DNA of 64,000 bases from positions 1 through 64,000 of the IMG/VR virus record IMGVR_UViG_3300027668_001405. One strand, given 5' to 3'. Within the stretch, counting starts at the first letter, position 1. Each line of letters begins with the position of its first letter. Under the pieces are notes generated by a model. The model worked only from the letters and a program-made list of their open reading frames with translations, searched no databases and was not told where the DNA came from. Origin of the DNA: a virus. A program made the translations under genes and the position numbers. This document shows, one piece after another, positions 8,893-17,254 of this stretch.

Positions 8893-10407
8893 ATGTGGTA
8901 TGATTATGTAATGTGGGCGATGATAGGTACTTGTTACGGTATGTTAGTTGGTATTATTCCAATTGCTGGCGTAACAACAGCTCTAATTACTGTCTTTAGC
9001 ATGGGTGCTTACTTTATGGCCGACCCCTATTTGGGGTTGGTCTTTCTTACAGCAATTGTTGCAAGTTGTGCAAGTGCTGATAGTTACACAAGTATCCTAA
9101 CAGGTATACCAGGGGCAAGTACTACAGCCGCCTGTGTTATTGACGGTTATCCAATGGCAAAGAAAGGACAAGCCGCCAGAGCAATGGGAATTGCTATTAC
9201 TGATTCCACATTTAATGGAGTTGTATTCGCGGCATTAACTTTCTTTTTACTTCCTTATTATGGGAAGATTATCGTATTATTTGGACGTCCAGAGTTTCTG
9301 GGCTTTATGACAATGGCTCTAGCCTGTGTAGGCTTTGTAGCAAGTAAAAATGTATTTTTAAGTATCTGTGCAATCATATTTGGATTAGCATTAGGTATGG
9401 TTGGAGAAGATGTTGTAAGTAATCCTAGACTGACATTCGGTTGGGAATATTTACAAAGTGGAATTGGCATGGTTGTTCTACTATCAGGCTTATTCGGAGT
9501 TCCTGAATTATTGGACGGATTTAGAAAGAAATTAAAATCAGCTGCACCACCGCTTGAGGGAGACTATTGGGTTGGACTAAAGCAAGGTTTTGGTGATTGT
9601 AGACGACATTGGAAAGATATGGTTCGTGGCGGTTCAATTGGGTTCGTTACTGGCTTATTGCCGGGCGTAGGAGGAGCAGTAGGCGACTTCTTGGCATACG
9701 GTGCCACAAAAGCCGCACACAAAGGTAAAGACCAAGAAGTTCCATTTGGTGAAGGTAATCCTGTAGGACTACTAGGTTGTGAAGGAGCCAACAATGCACA
9801 AAAAGTATCTAGTATGATACCAGCAGTGTTGTTTGGAATTCCAGCGGCACCATTTGCGGCTATGGTTATGGCAATCTGTATGTACTTTGGTATGGAGATT
9901 GGCACACCAAGTTTACTACAAGATTTGCAATTCACAAATGCTCTAGCATTTGGTTATATATTTGGTACAGTCGGCGTAGCATTGTTGAGTATAGTCTTAT
10001 ACAAATACATTCTTAAAATACTAGAAGTACCTTTCTGGATTTATGCTACATTCATATTAGCAGTAATTGTTTATGCTAATATGCAATATACAGGCGGCTG
10101 GGAAGATTTAGCCTTACTTGCAATTTTAAGTGCTGTCGGTGTTGTATGTAAAACATACAATATTAGTAGACCAGCAATTCTTGTTTCATATGTCGTGGCA
10201 TTTAAAATAGATGAATACTTTTGGGGAACATTACAGTTATATGGATATAAACAATGGAAACCAGGACTAAGTTCTATGTCAGATTTTAGATGGTTTGATT
10301 TATTCAACATTTACAATCATCCTATCTTTATTGTATGTATAATAATCAGTCTTGCTATCTTTATTAACAGTGTTGTTAGAAAAGACAGAGGAATAGATTA
10401 CGTATAA
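8893..10407 (+). CDS. tctA: tripartite tricarboxylate transporter large permease
   Basis: Polytopic membrane protein; GIPGASTTAACVIDGYPMAKKGQA, GLLPGVGG, EGANNA. Confidence 0.9.
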   Translation: MWYDYVMWAMIGTCYGMLVGIIPIAGVTTALITVFSMGAYFMADPYLGLVFLTAIVASCASADSYTSILTGIPGASTTAACVIDGYPMAKKGQAARAMGIAITDSTFNGVVFAALTFFLLPYYGKIIVLFGRPEFLGFMTMALACVGFVASKNVFLSICAIIFGLALGMVGEDVVSNPRLTFGWEYLQSGIGMVVLLSGLFGVPELLDGFRKKLKSAAPPLEGDYWVGLKQGFGDCRRHWKDMVRGGSIGFVTGLLPGVGGAVGDFLAYGATKAAHKGKDQEVPFGEGNPVGLLGCEGANNAQKVSSMIPAVLFGIPAAPFAAMVMAICMYFGMEIGTPSLLQDLQFTNALAFGYIFGTVGVALLSIVLYKYILKILEVPFWIYATFILAVIVYANMQYTGGWEDLALLAILSAVGVVCKTYNISRPAILVSYVVAFKIDEYFWGTLQLYGYKQWKPGLSSMSDFRWFDLFNIYNHPIFIVCIIISLAIFINSVVRKDRGIDYV

Positions 10408-10440
10408 TACATAATACTAATTGGAATAAAAAACTATCTG

Positions 10441-10469
10441 ATCCCGACAGCTTTAATAGCAGTTGGGAT
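10441..10469. terminator. hairpin between convergent genes
   Basis: ATCCCGAC...GTTGGGAT stem; an A-run upstream gives a U-tract on the minus strand. Confidence 0.45.
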
Positions 10470-10473
10470 TGGC

Positions 10474-10698
10474 CTATTTAAATAGGTTGTACTTTTTAAT
10501 CTTATGTATCAGCAGTGTTCTACCAATTCCCAATTCTAAAGCAGTATGAGTACGATTGAAACTATGCTTGATAAGAGCTTCTTCAATGCGAGTATGCTCT
10601 AATTCAGCTACTTCTGTAGCTAATGATTGTTCACGAACTGTTCCACCTAGAAAGTTCATTTGGTCCATAATCCAATTTTGTTCGTCATTATTATTCAT
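10474..10698 (-). CDS. stand-alone Fis-family (HTH_8) DNA-binding protein, 74 aa
   Basis: IEEALIKHSFNRTHTALELGIGRTLLIHKIKKYNL; GGAG SD before ATG 10698. The track's longer 200-aa version is an antisense extension. Confidence 0.8.
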   Translation of the reverse strand: MNNNDEQNWIMDQMNFLGGTVREQSLATEVAELEHTRIEEALIKHSFNRTHTALELGIGRTLLIHKIKKYNLFK

Positions 10699-10722
10699 TT
10701 TGATCTCCACTTCATTAAAACT

Positions 10723-10742
10723 AGTGTAAATATATTTACACT
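10723..10742. promoter_or_regulatory. perfect 20-bp palindrome between divergent genes
   Basis: AGTGTAAATATATTTACACT. Confidence 0.6.
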
Positions 10743-10789
10743 TTAGAATAAATAACAGTATAGTTAACTTATATAAGGAGAAGCATACT

Positions 10790-11341
10790 ATGCATATATT
10801 TATAAGAACAATCATCCTTGTTTGTTTGACCCTGTCAATAGGAAATTTTGCTAATGCAGCCCCTATCGTAACTGACTCAACAAGCAATTCAACAGTAACA
10901 ACAAAAGGCACAACTACGACAACCGTTAAATCGGCACCACCTAGTGCTATCAGTCCGAGTATTAATTCAAACAACAGCGACCTATGTACAATTGGAGTAA
11001 GCGGAGCAGTGCAAACACAGATACTAGGTATCAGCGGAGGCGCAACAGTTAGAGACATGAACTGTGAGAGACTCAAGTTAGCTAAAACAATCTATGACAT
11101 GGGTATGAAGGTCGCGGCCGTTAGTGTTATGTGTCAAGACACAAGAGTATTCAAAGCCATGGAAATGGCAGGCACTCCTTGTCCGTTTATGGGTAAAATT
11201 GGTGAAGAGGCTCAAACATCTTGGGACGCTAAACCAGAATTGAAGCCAGAAGTAAAACATGAGGAGATGAGACAAAATGATAAACTCAAAGGTGCTGCAA
11301 TGGGCGTTGGTTCTGTTTTGTTGCTTTTGCTTCTCTTATAA
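10790..11341 (+). CDS. secreted Cys-containing protein with C-terminal membrane anchor
   Basis: Signal peptide; APPSAISP, NCERLKLAK, AGTPCP; ends VLLLLLLL. Confidence 0.85.
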   Translation: MHIFIRTIILVCLTLSIGNFANAAPIVTDSTSNSTVTTKGTTTTTVKSAPPSAISPSINSNNSDLCTIGVSGAVQTQILGISGGATVRDMNCERLKLAKTIYDMGMKVAAVSVMCQDTRVFKAMEMAGTPCPFMGKIGEEAQTSWDAKPELKPEVKHEEMRQNDKLKGAAMGVGSVLLLLLLL

Positions 11342-13541
11342 AAGCCTAGCTGACACTACAACTAATCCAGTAGAATTAAACTTATCAGATGGAACCATTG
11401 CGAATCCACAATTTGGATGTCCTAGTGGAACAACAGCCGCACAGGTCAACAGTTCAAATTGGGGAACAAAAACAGTTCGCTTTGGTGAATGTATAAACAC
11501 ATTTGCTATCTCATATGCAATCAATCAAGCACTTCAAGGCGTTGGAATAAGTATTGACAAGGTACATTATAACTGGCGTTATGTTCACTGTTTTAATACG
11601 CCAGGACAGAGTTGTAATTCTAACATAGAGAACAGAGTTAATACATCTACAGGTGAGATTACTGATACTACTTATTGGGACGAATTAACAGTTGTAATTG
11701 AGGTTACAGACAGTAGTGGAAATGTAGTTGAAACTAAAACATGGAACATGGATAAGTGGTACAAATACAATGGAGACAATAGTCATAGTTCTAATGAAGT
11801 CAAAGTAGGTAGTACACGTTGGCAGATACACGAAGACAATATAGAAGTATACAATCATTTACAAAACTCAGGAACAATACGAACACCTAACTCTTTGGGA
11901 GATGTTAGATTTAGAATAACAGGATACGACAAAGGTAATTGGGATGGATTTTATGGACCTGTAATTAGCAAATTTCAAACTTGGTTTACATATAGAACTA
12001 ATCCATGTACTCAGACAGCATTGTATGACGCAAGTTGTCCAGGCTATTCAGAAGCATATGCAATATATACATATAACACTGCCTGTGCATCAAGTGCATT
12101 ATATGACAGTGGTTGTCCAGGTTACGCAGCCGCATACTATACTCAACAATGTAACGCCAGTGCTTTATATGATAGTGGATGCTCAGGTTATGCAGCCGCT
12201 TATTACACACAGCAATGTAACGCTAGTGCTTTATATGATAGTGGGTGTAATGGATACGCAGAAGCATACTACAGTCAACAATGTGGCATAAGTGCATTGT
12301 ACGATAGTGGATGTACAGGTTATGAAGCAGCATACTTTACATATCAATGTACAGCAAATCCATTATATAATAGTGCTTGCTCAGGATACACCGCCGCTTA
12401 TCTAGCTCAACAATGTGGAATTAATTCATTGTATGATAGTGCTTGTCCAAATTATGCAACAGAATACTACAAAGCACAATGTAAACTTAGTCCATTATAC
12501 GATAGTGGATGTGATGGACATAAATTAGCACAATGTGATGCTAACCCATTATATGACTTTACATGTACAGGATATAGTAAAGCATACCTTAGCCAACAGT
12601 GTTTATATAATCCACAATACGATAAAACTTGTACAGGATACATAGCACCAATTGTTGCACCACCTACTAGTACTAATCCAATTGTTATACCAGGAGCAGG
12701 TACGGGTGATACTATAGTTGATAGCATAATTGCATTACCACCTAAATTACCAGAATTAATTATAATGCCTCAACCAGAGATAAAACCAACACCTGAAGTA
12801 ACTTTACCAACAGTAATTGATACAAAAGTTCCAGTAATAGAAGCACCAGTAATTGTTGTAGAACTAACAATTGTGGACAACATTGAAGCACAAGTAGACA
12901 AAGAAATAGAAGCACAACTAATGGAAGAGGTTATTGTAGACGAACCAATAGTAGAGGAGATAGTTACAAATGACACGCAAGAAGAAAAAGAAGAAGATAC
13001 CGATACTGTCAACGAAACAGTGGAAGACACTGGTGAAGATACTGGCTCTACAGAATCTGATGAAACAGATGAAGCAGAGGAAGTTACAGAAGAAGCTGAA
13101 GTAGTTGAAGAAAAAGCAGTTGACGAGAAGGTAGTCGAAGAGAAGGCTGTCGAAGAAAAGAAAGTAGTTGAAGAAGTAGTTGTTGCTAAGAAACCTACTA
13201 AAAAGATTGTAATGACTAAGAAACAAAAGCGTGATGCTAAGATAAAGAAAATGAGAGAGATTATAAAGAACAAGTTAAAAGCGTTAGCTATTACAATGGG
13301 CAAAGCAGTTACATTAGAACAGCAACAAGCATTACAAGCACAGATAAACGCATTGATTAACTTCGTACCGGGCTTTAATGCATACGGTAAGCAGATGATA
13401 CCTGGAGTAGATTTTTATACTACTAAGGATATTTACAGAGATAGGATAGTCCCAGAAAACAATCGAGGACTACTTAATGGACTTGCAAGTCAAATACTTC
13501 ATGAGAAGATGGTAGACATGCAATACGAGGGAATGAAATAA
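11277..13541 (+). CDS. large secreted protein with Cys/Tyr tandem repeats and an acidic stalk
   Basis: Signal peptide, ten ~22-aa repeats, then Pro-, Glu- and Lys-rich segments. Confidence 0.85.
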   Translation: MINSKVLQWALVLFCCFCFSYKSLADTTTNPVELNLSDGTIANPQFGCPSGTTAAQVNSSNWGTKTVRFGECINTFAISYAINQALQGVGISIDKVHYNWRYVHCFNTPGQSCNSNIENRVNTSTGEITDTTYWDELTVVIEVTDSSGNVVETKTWNMDKWYKYNGDNSHSSNEVKVGSTRWQIHEDNIEVYNHLQNSGTIRTPNSLGDVRFRITGYDKGNWDGFYGPVISKFQTWFTYRTNPCTQTALYDASCPGYSEAYAIYTYNTACASSALYDSGCPGYAAAYYTQQCNASALYDSGCSGYAAAYYTQQCNASALYDSGCNGYAEAYYSQQCGISALYDSGCTGYEAAYFTYQCTANPLYNSACSGYTAAYLAQQCGINSLYDSACPNYATEYYKAQCKLSPLYDSGCDGHKLAQCDANPLYDFTCTGYSKAYLSQQCLYNPQYDKTCTGYIAPIVAPPTSTNPIVIPGAGTGDTIVDSIIALPPKLPELIIMPQPEIKPTPEVTLPTVIDTKVPVIEAPVIVVELTIVDNIEAQVDKEIEAQLMEEVIVDEPIVEEIVTNDTQEEKEEDTDTVNETVEDTGEDTGSTESDETDEAEEVTEEAEVVEEKAVDEKVVEEKAVEEKKVVEEVVVAKKPTKKIVMTKKQKRDAKIKKMREIIKNKLKALAITMGKAVTLEQQQALQAQINALINFVPGFNAYGKQMIPGVDFYTTKDIYRDRIVPENNRGLLNGLASQILHEKMVDMQYEGMK
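12006..12641 (+). repeat. in-frame ~66-nt tandem repeat, 10 copies
   Basis: Unit CxxSALYDSGCxGYxxAYYxQQ. Confidence 0.9.
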
Positions 13542-13867
13542 TGCCCGGATTAATATGTGGAATAGCACTATCAGCACACTTGTTGATGAATGGAAACTAT
13601 AACGCTATCCATCCATATTGTAATTACGAAACACCTAAGAGTTATATAGCTGGTGCGTACTACAACAGTGTGGATAGAATGAGTTTGTTTGCTGGATATA
13701 AGTGGAGGCTTAATAGCGATATATCAATGGATATAGTTGCAGTCACAGGTTATTACGAGTATGACATTGTTCCATCAGTCAGGCTAAATTACAAGAATGT
13801 TTTTGTCATGCCTGCAGTAGAAGAAGACACAGTCGGGATCGTAGTTGGCCTAGACTTTAAATTTTAA
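13541..13867 (+). CDS. small outer-membrane beta-barrel-like protein (PagP-like?)
   Basis: NYNAIHP, AGAYYNS..RMSLFAGYKW, alternating strands, ends GLDFKF. Confidence 0.5.
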   Translation: MPGLICGIALSAHLLMNGNYNAIHPYCNYETPKSYIAGAYYNSVDRMSLFAGYKWRLNSDISMDIVAVTGYYEYDIVPSVRLNYKNVFVMPAVEEDTVGIVVGLDFKF

Positions 13868-13877
13868 GGAGTAACTT

Positions 13878-14363
13878 ATGAGTATAATGAAATATGCAGC
13901 AGGTGTGCCAGTAGTGGCAGCAGTAGTTGCGTCACTGTATGGAGGTCTTAGTTATGTAAACGGACTTCAAAATACAATAGAAGCTAACGAGAAAACAATA
14001 ATAACATTAACAATGAACCAAAAGAGCAACCACGATAAAGTTAACAGTGAAATTGCCAATATGCATACAAACCTCGATGACAGGATATCAGCAGAGATGG
14101 ATAAACTGAACATTCGTGTAAACAACAATGATGAAAGATTAAAAACAGGAAGAGAAGAACTTCTTATTGAAATGACTAACTTTTCTAAAGTAATTGCTGA
14201 CATTAATGCAAAAGTTAATGTACTAAGAGATGGCTCTTACAAGACAGCAAGTATGGCTGAATTAAGTGCGTTAGAAGAACTAGTTCGCAACACATCAGAC
14301 AGCATGCGTGAATTTACTTACTCCATAAAAGAGATGGAACGTAAACTCAACGGAGGGTATTAA
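13878..14363 (+). CDS. membrane-anchored coiled-coil protein
   Basis: N-terminal TM segment plus heptads; AAGGAG SD. Confidence 0.8.
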   Translation: MSIMKYAAGVPVVAAVVASLYGGLSYVNGLQNTIEANEKTIITLTMNQKSNHDKVNSEIANMHTNLDDRISAEMDKLNIRVNNNDERLKTGREELLIEMTNFSKVIADINAKVNVLRDGSYKTASMAELSALEELVRNTSDSMREFTYSIKEMERKLNGGY

Positions 14364-14364
14364 A

Positions 14365-14832
14365 ATGGATAGAAATGTATTAACTGGAGCACTAATACTA
14401 GTAGTAGTTGCAATAGCATTTTGGGTTAAGCCAGCACAAGCGGCTAACGAATACCTTCAGGGTGGACAGCATTGTGATCCTGTTACACTAGAACCATATG
14501 TTGAACTTAACAAAGGCGACGACACTAGCGGTAATAACTATCCTAGTAGTTCAAGCAATAATTATAATTCAAGCAGAGACAGTGAAAACTTAAGAGTTGG
14601 TGTTAGATTACGAATTTCATTAGGTGGAACATGTACAAAGAAGTATAGAAAAACTATGCTACAGAACGAACTGTTAAGACAACAGCTTGAAATGTTAAAA
14701 ATGTGTGCTAGGTATAAAGATTTAGAACTAGGCCCTGAGTTCGCAGAAGTAAGAGAAATGTGTGCAGGAGTACGCAAGGCCAAAATAGAAAACAAACTGG
14801 AAATACCAAACGAAAAACCAGTCAAGGAGTAA
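14365..14832 (+). CDS. secreted hypothetical with three conserved-looking Cys
   Basis: Signal peptide ending AQA. Confidence 0.75.
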   Translation: MDRNVLTGALILVVVAIAFWVKPAQAANEYLQGGQHCDPVTLEPYVELNKGDDTSGNNYPSSSSNNYNSSRDSENLRVGVRLRISLGGTCTKKYRKTMLQNELLRQQLEMLKMCARYKDLELGPEFAEVREMCAGVRKAKIENKLEIPNEKPVKE

Positions 14833-14838
14833 TATTTA

Positions 14839-15348
14839 ATGAGTGAAAAAACAACAGTAGAAGTTGGCGGAGTAAAATTTACAGGCGGTAAATTATTCTT
14901 GGTCATTACACTGTTAAGTACTCTAGGTGGAATAGCATGGGGAGGCTTTGAATTCTATAATGACTATAGAGTTATGAAGGCTAAAATAGAACGCTATGTT
15001 GCACCAGACTTAAAAGGAATTAGATCGGAACTTGCAATCATTGATCAAAAGCTAGACGATGCACTTGAATACTCTAAGGATATCAAAAACGGATTACGTG
15101 ATGATATTGTTAGACTAGAGCGTATTGTTGATGCAGTTGAAGATGATGTAAACAAAACAGAAGATAAAACACGTGAACTAATAACATTAGCTGACCAACG
15201 TTTTGAAAACAAACGTGATCAGTTGTTAACAGATTACGAACAAAAAGCTGATAGTTTACGTACAAGTACTGATATAAAACTTAAAGAACTAGAAATTAGA
15301 CTTAACAAACGATTACAGAGAGCACTTGATAACCCATTAGCAAACTAA
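14839..15348 (+). CDS. membrane-anchored coiled-coil protein
   Basis: GGVKFTGGKLFLVITLLSTLGGIAWGGFEFY followed by coiled coil. Confidence 0.8.
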   Translation: MSEKTTVEVGGVKFTGGKLFLVITLLSTLGGIAWGGFEFYNDYRVMKAKIERYVAPDLKGIRSELAIIDQKLDDALEYSKDIKNGLRDDIVRLERIVDAVEDDVNKTEDKTRELITLADQRFENKRDQLLTDYEQKADSLRTSTDIKLKELEIRLNKRLQRALDNPLAN

Positions 15349-16502
15349 CCTTTAGTTTTAGCTAACCCACACTGTCTAGCACATAGCTCGACTTTATCAA
15401 AGTTACTCATAATCTTCTTAATAGCAACACCTTCGATAATCTCATCGTAGGTGTTGTTATATATACTCAACGATTTCTCATCTTCCTTTGTAATTCCAGC
15501 GTGATCAAAGTGTTCTTGCTGTCCAACTCTCATATAACAACAAGGTAAGAACAATCCTTCACTTGATATAAAGTTACTATGTCCTTCTATGTTTATGCAT
15601 TGTGGAGATACCTTCTCAGTATGTACTAATTCCTTTTTAAGTTGAGGTATCCTTTGAAACTTTCTATTAACGTTGATATTCGTTTTACCAAGTTCTTCTG
15701 TCTTAACATCATTAGCCTGAGCAAACTTCTTTACTACTTTGTCTGTTTCCATTTTAACATGTGCATTCTTCTCAGTATTTTCTATAATAGACTTAGATTT
15801 AAACACACTTGTTCTTGGAGTAACAGCTACACTTAGCTTAGGTTTATTAAGATGTTCCATGTTCCACACATATTCTTCTAGTTTAACCAAGTTGTCATCA
15901 AAGTCTGCTTTATTAGCTAGCTGTCCTTTTTCTGCTCTGTGTGTATGTACAATAACAAACTCTTGCATACCCATTTCATACGCTTTATCATATGCAGTTT
16001 TCATATCTTCAAACGTTTGATTGTATTTGAATACAATATACTTCCATCTAGCTCTACCACCGCCTTGTGCTATAATTCTAGCACCCATCTCTATACTTTC
16101 CCAGTCAGCATTGACTCTATATTGTGTAAAGTTATCAGGTGTGCCGTCTATGCTAAAAATAACACAGTCTTTCCATGTCATCATTTTAGCAAGTTCTTTC
16201 CAATCTGCTTCGGGTCTTCTGCTACCATTAGTATCAAAGTTAAATGATGCACCAGCTTCTTTAATAGCTTTTAATGTAGTTACTAGGTGTGGATGATATA
16301 ATCCATCGCCATATGCACCGCCTAGTTGGAATCGTTTGTATTCAGATGTTTTTAAGAACTCTAATAGTTTCTCATGATCAACGTGTCCATTATCCCATAC
16401 TCGTCGCATGTGGGCTTGGTATGTTCGTGGACAGTTAGGACATAGCAATACACATTTTGATGTGAGTTCTAGTTCTACCTTAAAAGACTTACTGAATTTC
16501 AT
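15345..16502 (-). CDS. radical SAM-SPASM enzyme (subfamily A, fused)
   Basis: LELTSKCVLLCPNCPR, GAYGDG, FSIDG, C-terminal PQC...FISSEGLFLPCC...CARQC. Confidence 0.9.
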   Translation of the reverse strand: MKFSKSFKVELELTSKCVLLCPNCPRTYQAHMRRVWDNGHVDHEKLLEFLKTSEYKRFQLGGAYGDGLYHPHLVTTLKAIKEAGASFNFDTNGSRRPEADWKELAKMMTWKDCVIFSIDGTPDNFTQYRVNADWESIEMGARIIAQGGGRARWKYIVFKYNQTFEDMKTAYDKAYEMGMQEFVIVHTHRAEKGQLANKADFDDNLVKLEEYVWNMEHLNKPKLSVAVTPRTSVFKSKSIIENTEKNAHVKMETDKVVKKFAQANDVKTEELGKTNINVNRKFQRIPQLKKELVHTEKVSPQCINIEGHSNFISSEGLFLPCCYMRVGQQEHFDHAGITKEDEKSLSIYNNTYDEIIEGVAIKKIMSNFDKVELCARQCGLAKTKG

Positions 16503-16535
16503 TTATGTACCTGTGTATTAACTGCAATGTTAATA

Positions 16536-16555
16536 TGCATAAATATATTTATGCA
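16536..16555. promoter_or_regulatory. perfect 20-bp palindrome forming back-to-back GCATAAATA boxes
   Basis: TGCATAAATATATTTATGCA between divergent genes. Confidence 0.65.
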
Positions 16556-16575
16556 AAAAGAAATCACCATAACAC

Positions 16576-16604
16576 TTGACATTTCAGTCAATTCAATGTA
16601 TTAT
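16576..16604 (+). promoter_or_regulatory. sigma70 promoter
   Basis: TTGACA-17-TATTAT. Confidence 0.7.
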
Positions 16605-16614
16605 TGTAATACAA

Positions 16615-17241
16615 ATGAGTAGACTATTAATTATAACCGGACCACAAGGTAGTGGCAATCATGTATTCAGTAAGTGTTTAGCATTACACGAAAGTGTATT
16701 TGGCTGGAAAAGCCTGTTAAATACGTATTGGGAAGGACATCATCACGAACCTTTTGCTGATGCTTGGGAAGATCCAGAACTACTACATGAGTTTGATTGG
16801 AAACAAAGTGATTACTTTGTAACAAGTGTTAGTACACCATATTTTAAGAATCAAAAAGCAGTGATACCTAACTTTGAAAGATTTATAAACGTTGCACTAC
16901 AATACGTAGATGACATAGACGTAGCAATTATTGGCAGAGATCAAAACATACTAAAATCTCAGCAAACAAGAGTACGTAAGCAACACACTACACCGTTAGC
17001 ATTAGATCATTTTAATTGGTTATTTGCTAACCAACAATGCACATTTTTAAGCCAAGAACTATTATACTTGTACAAGCAGAACTATTTAGAACAAGTAAGC
17101 AGAGATATAGATTGGCCAATAGCCTATTGGGATCCAGAGATAGATGCAATACTATCACATGATGCTAATAATAAGTACGTCAAGGATGTACACGAATACT
17201 GGTTGGACTTCGAAGTTCATAGAGCAGTCAAAGAAAGTTAA
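16615..17241 (+). CDS. P-loop sulfotransferase-like protein
   Basis: Start moved to ATG 16615; LIITGPQGSGNHVFSK; VAIIGRD. Confidence 0.55.
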   Translation: MSRLLIITGPQGSGNHVFSKCLALHESVFGWKSLLNTYWEGHHHEPFADAWEDPELLHEFDWKQSDYFVTSVSTPYFKNQKAVIPNFERFINVALQYVDDIDVAIIGRDQNILKSQQTRVRKQHTTPLALDHFNWLFANQQCTFLSQELLYLYKQNYLEQVSRDIDWPIAYWDPEIDAILSHDANNKYVKDVHEYWLDFEVHRAVKES

Positions 17242-17254
17242 TTAGAGAGAATAT

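Noticed and set aside
10699-11076. 200-aa minus-strand ORF in the track
   Set aside because: The upstream part is the antisense shadow of the 10790 gene; only 10474-10698 has an SD and a recognisable domain.
12006-12641. 66-nt periodic repeats resembling a CRISPR array
   Set aside because: The period is a multiple of three, the whole unit is conserved at protein level with synonymous variation, and it lies in frame within a 754-aa ORF.
12770-13303. Long Ser/Thr/Phe-rich minus-strand ORFs (also 32481-32972 and 32701-33018)
   Set aside because: Antisense shadows of Glu/Val-rich low-complexity coding segments.
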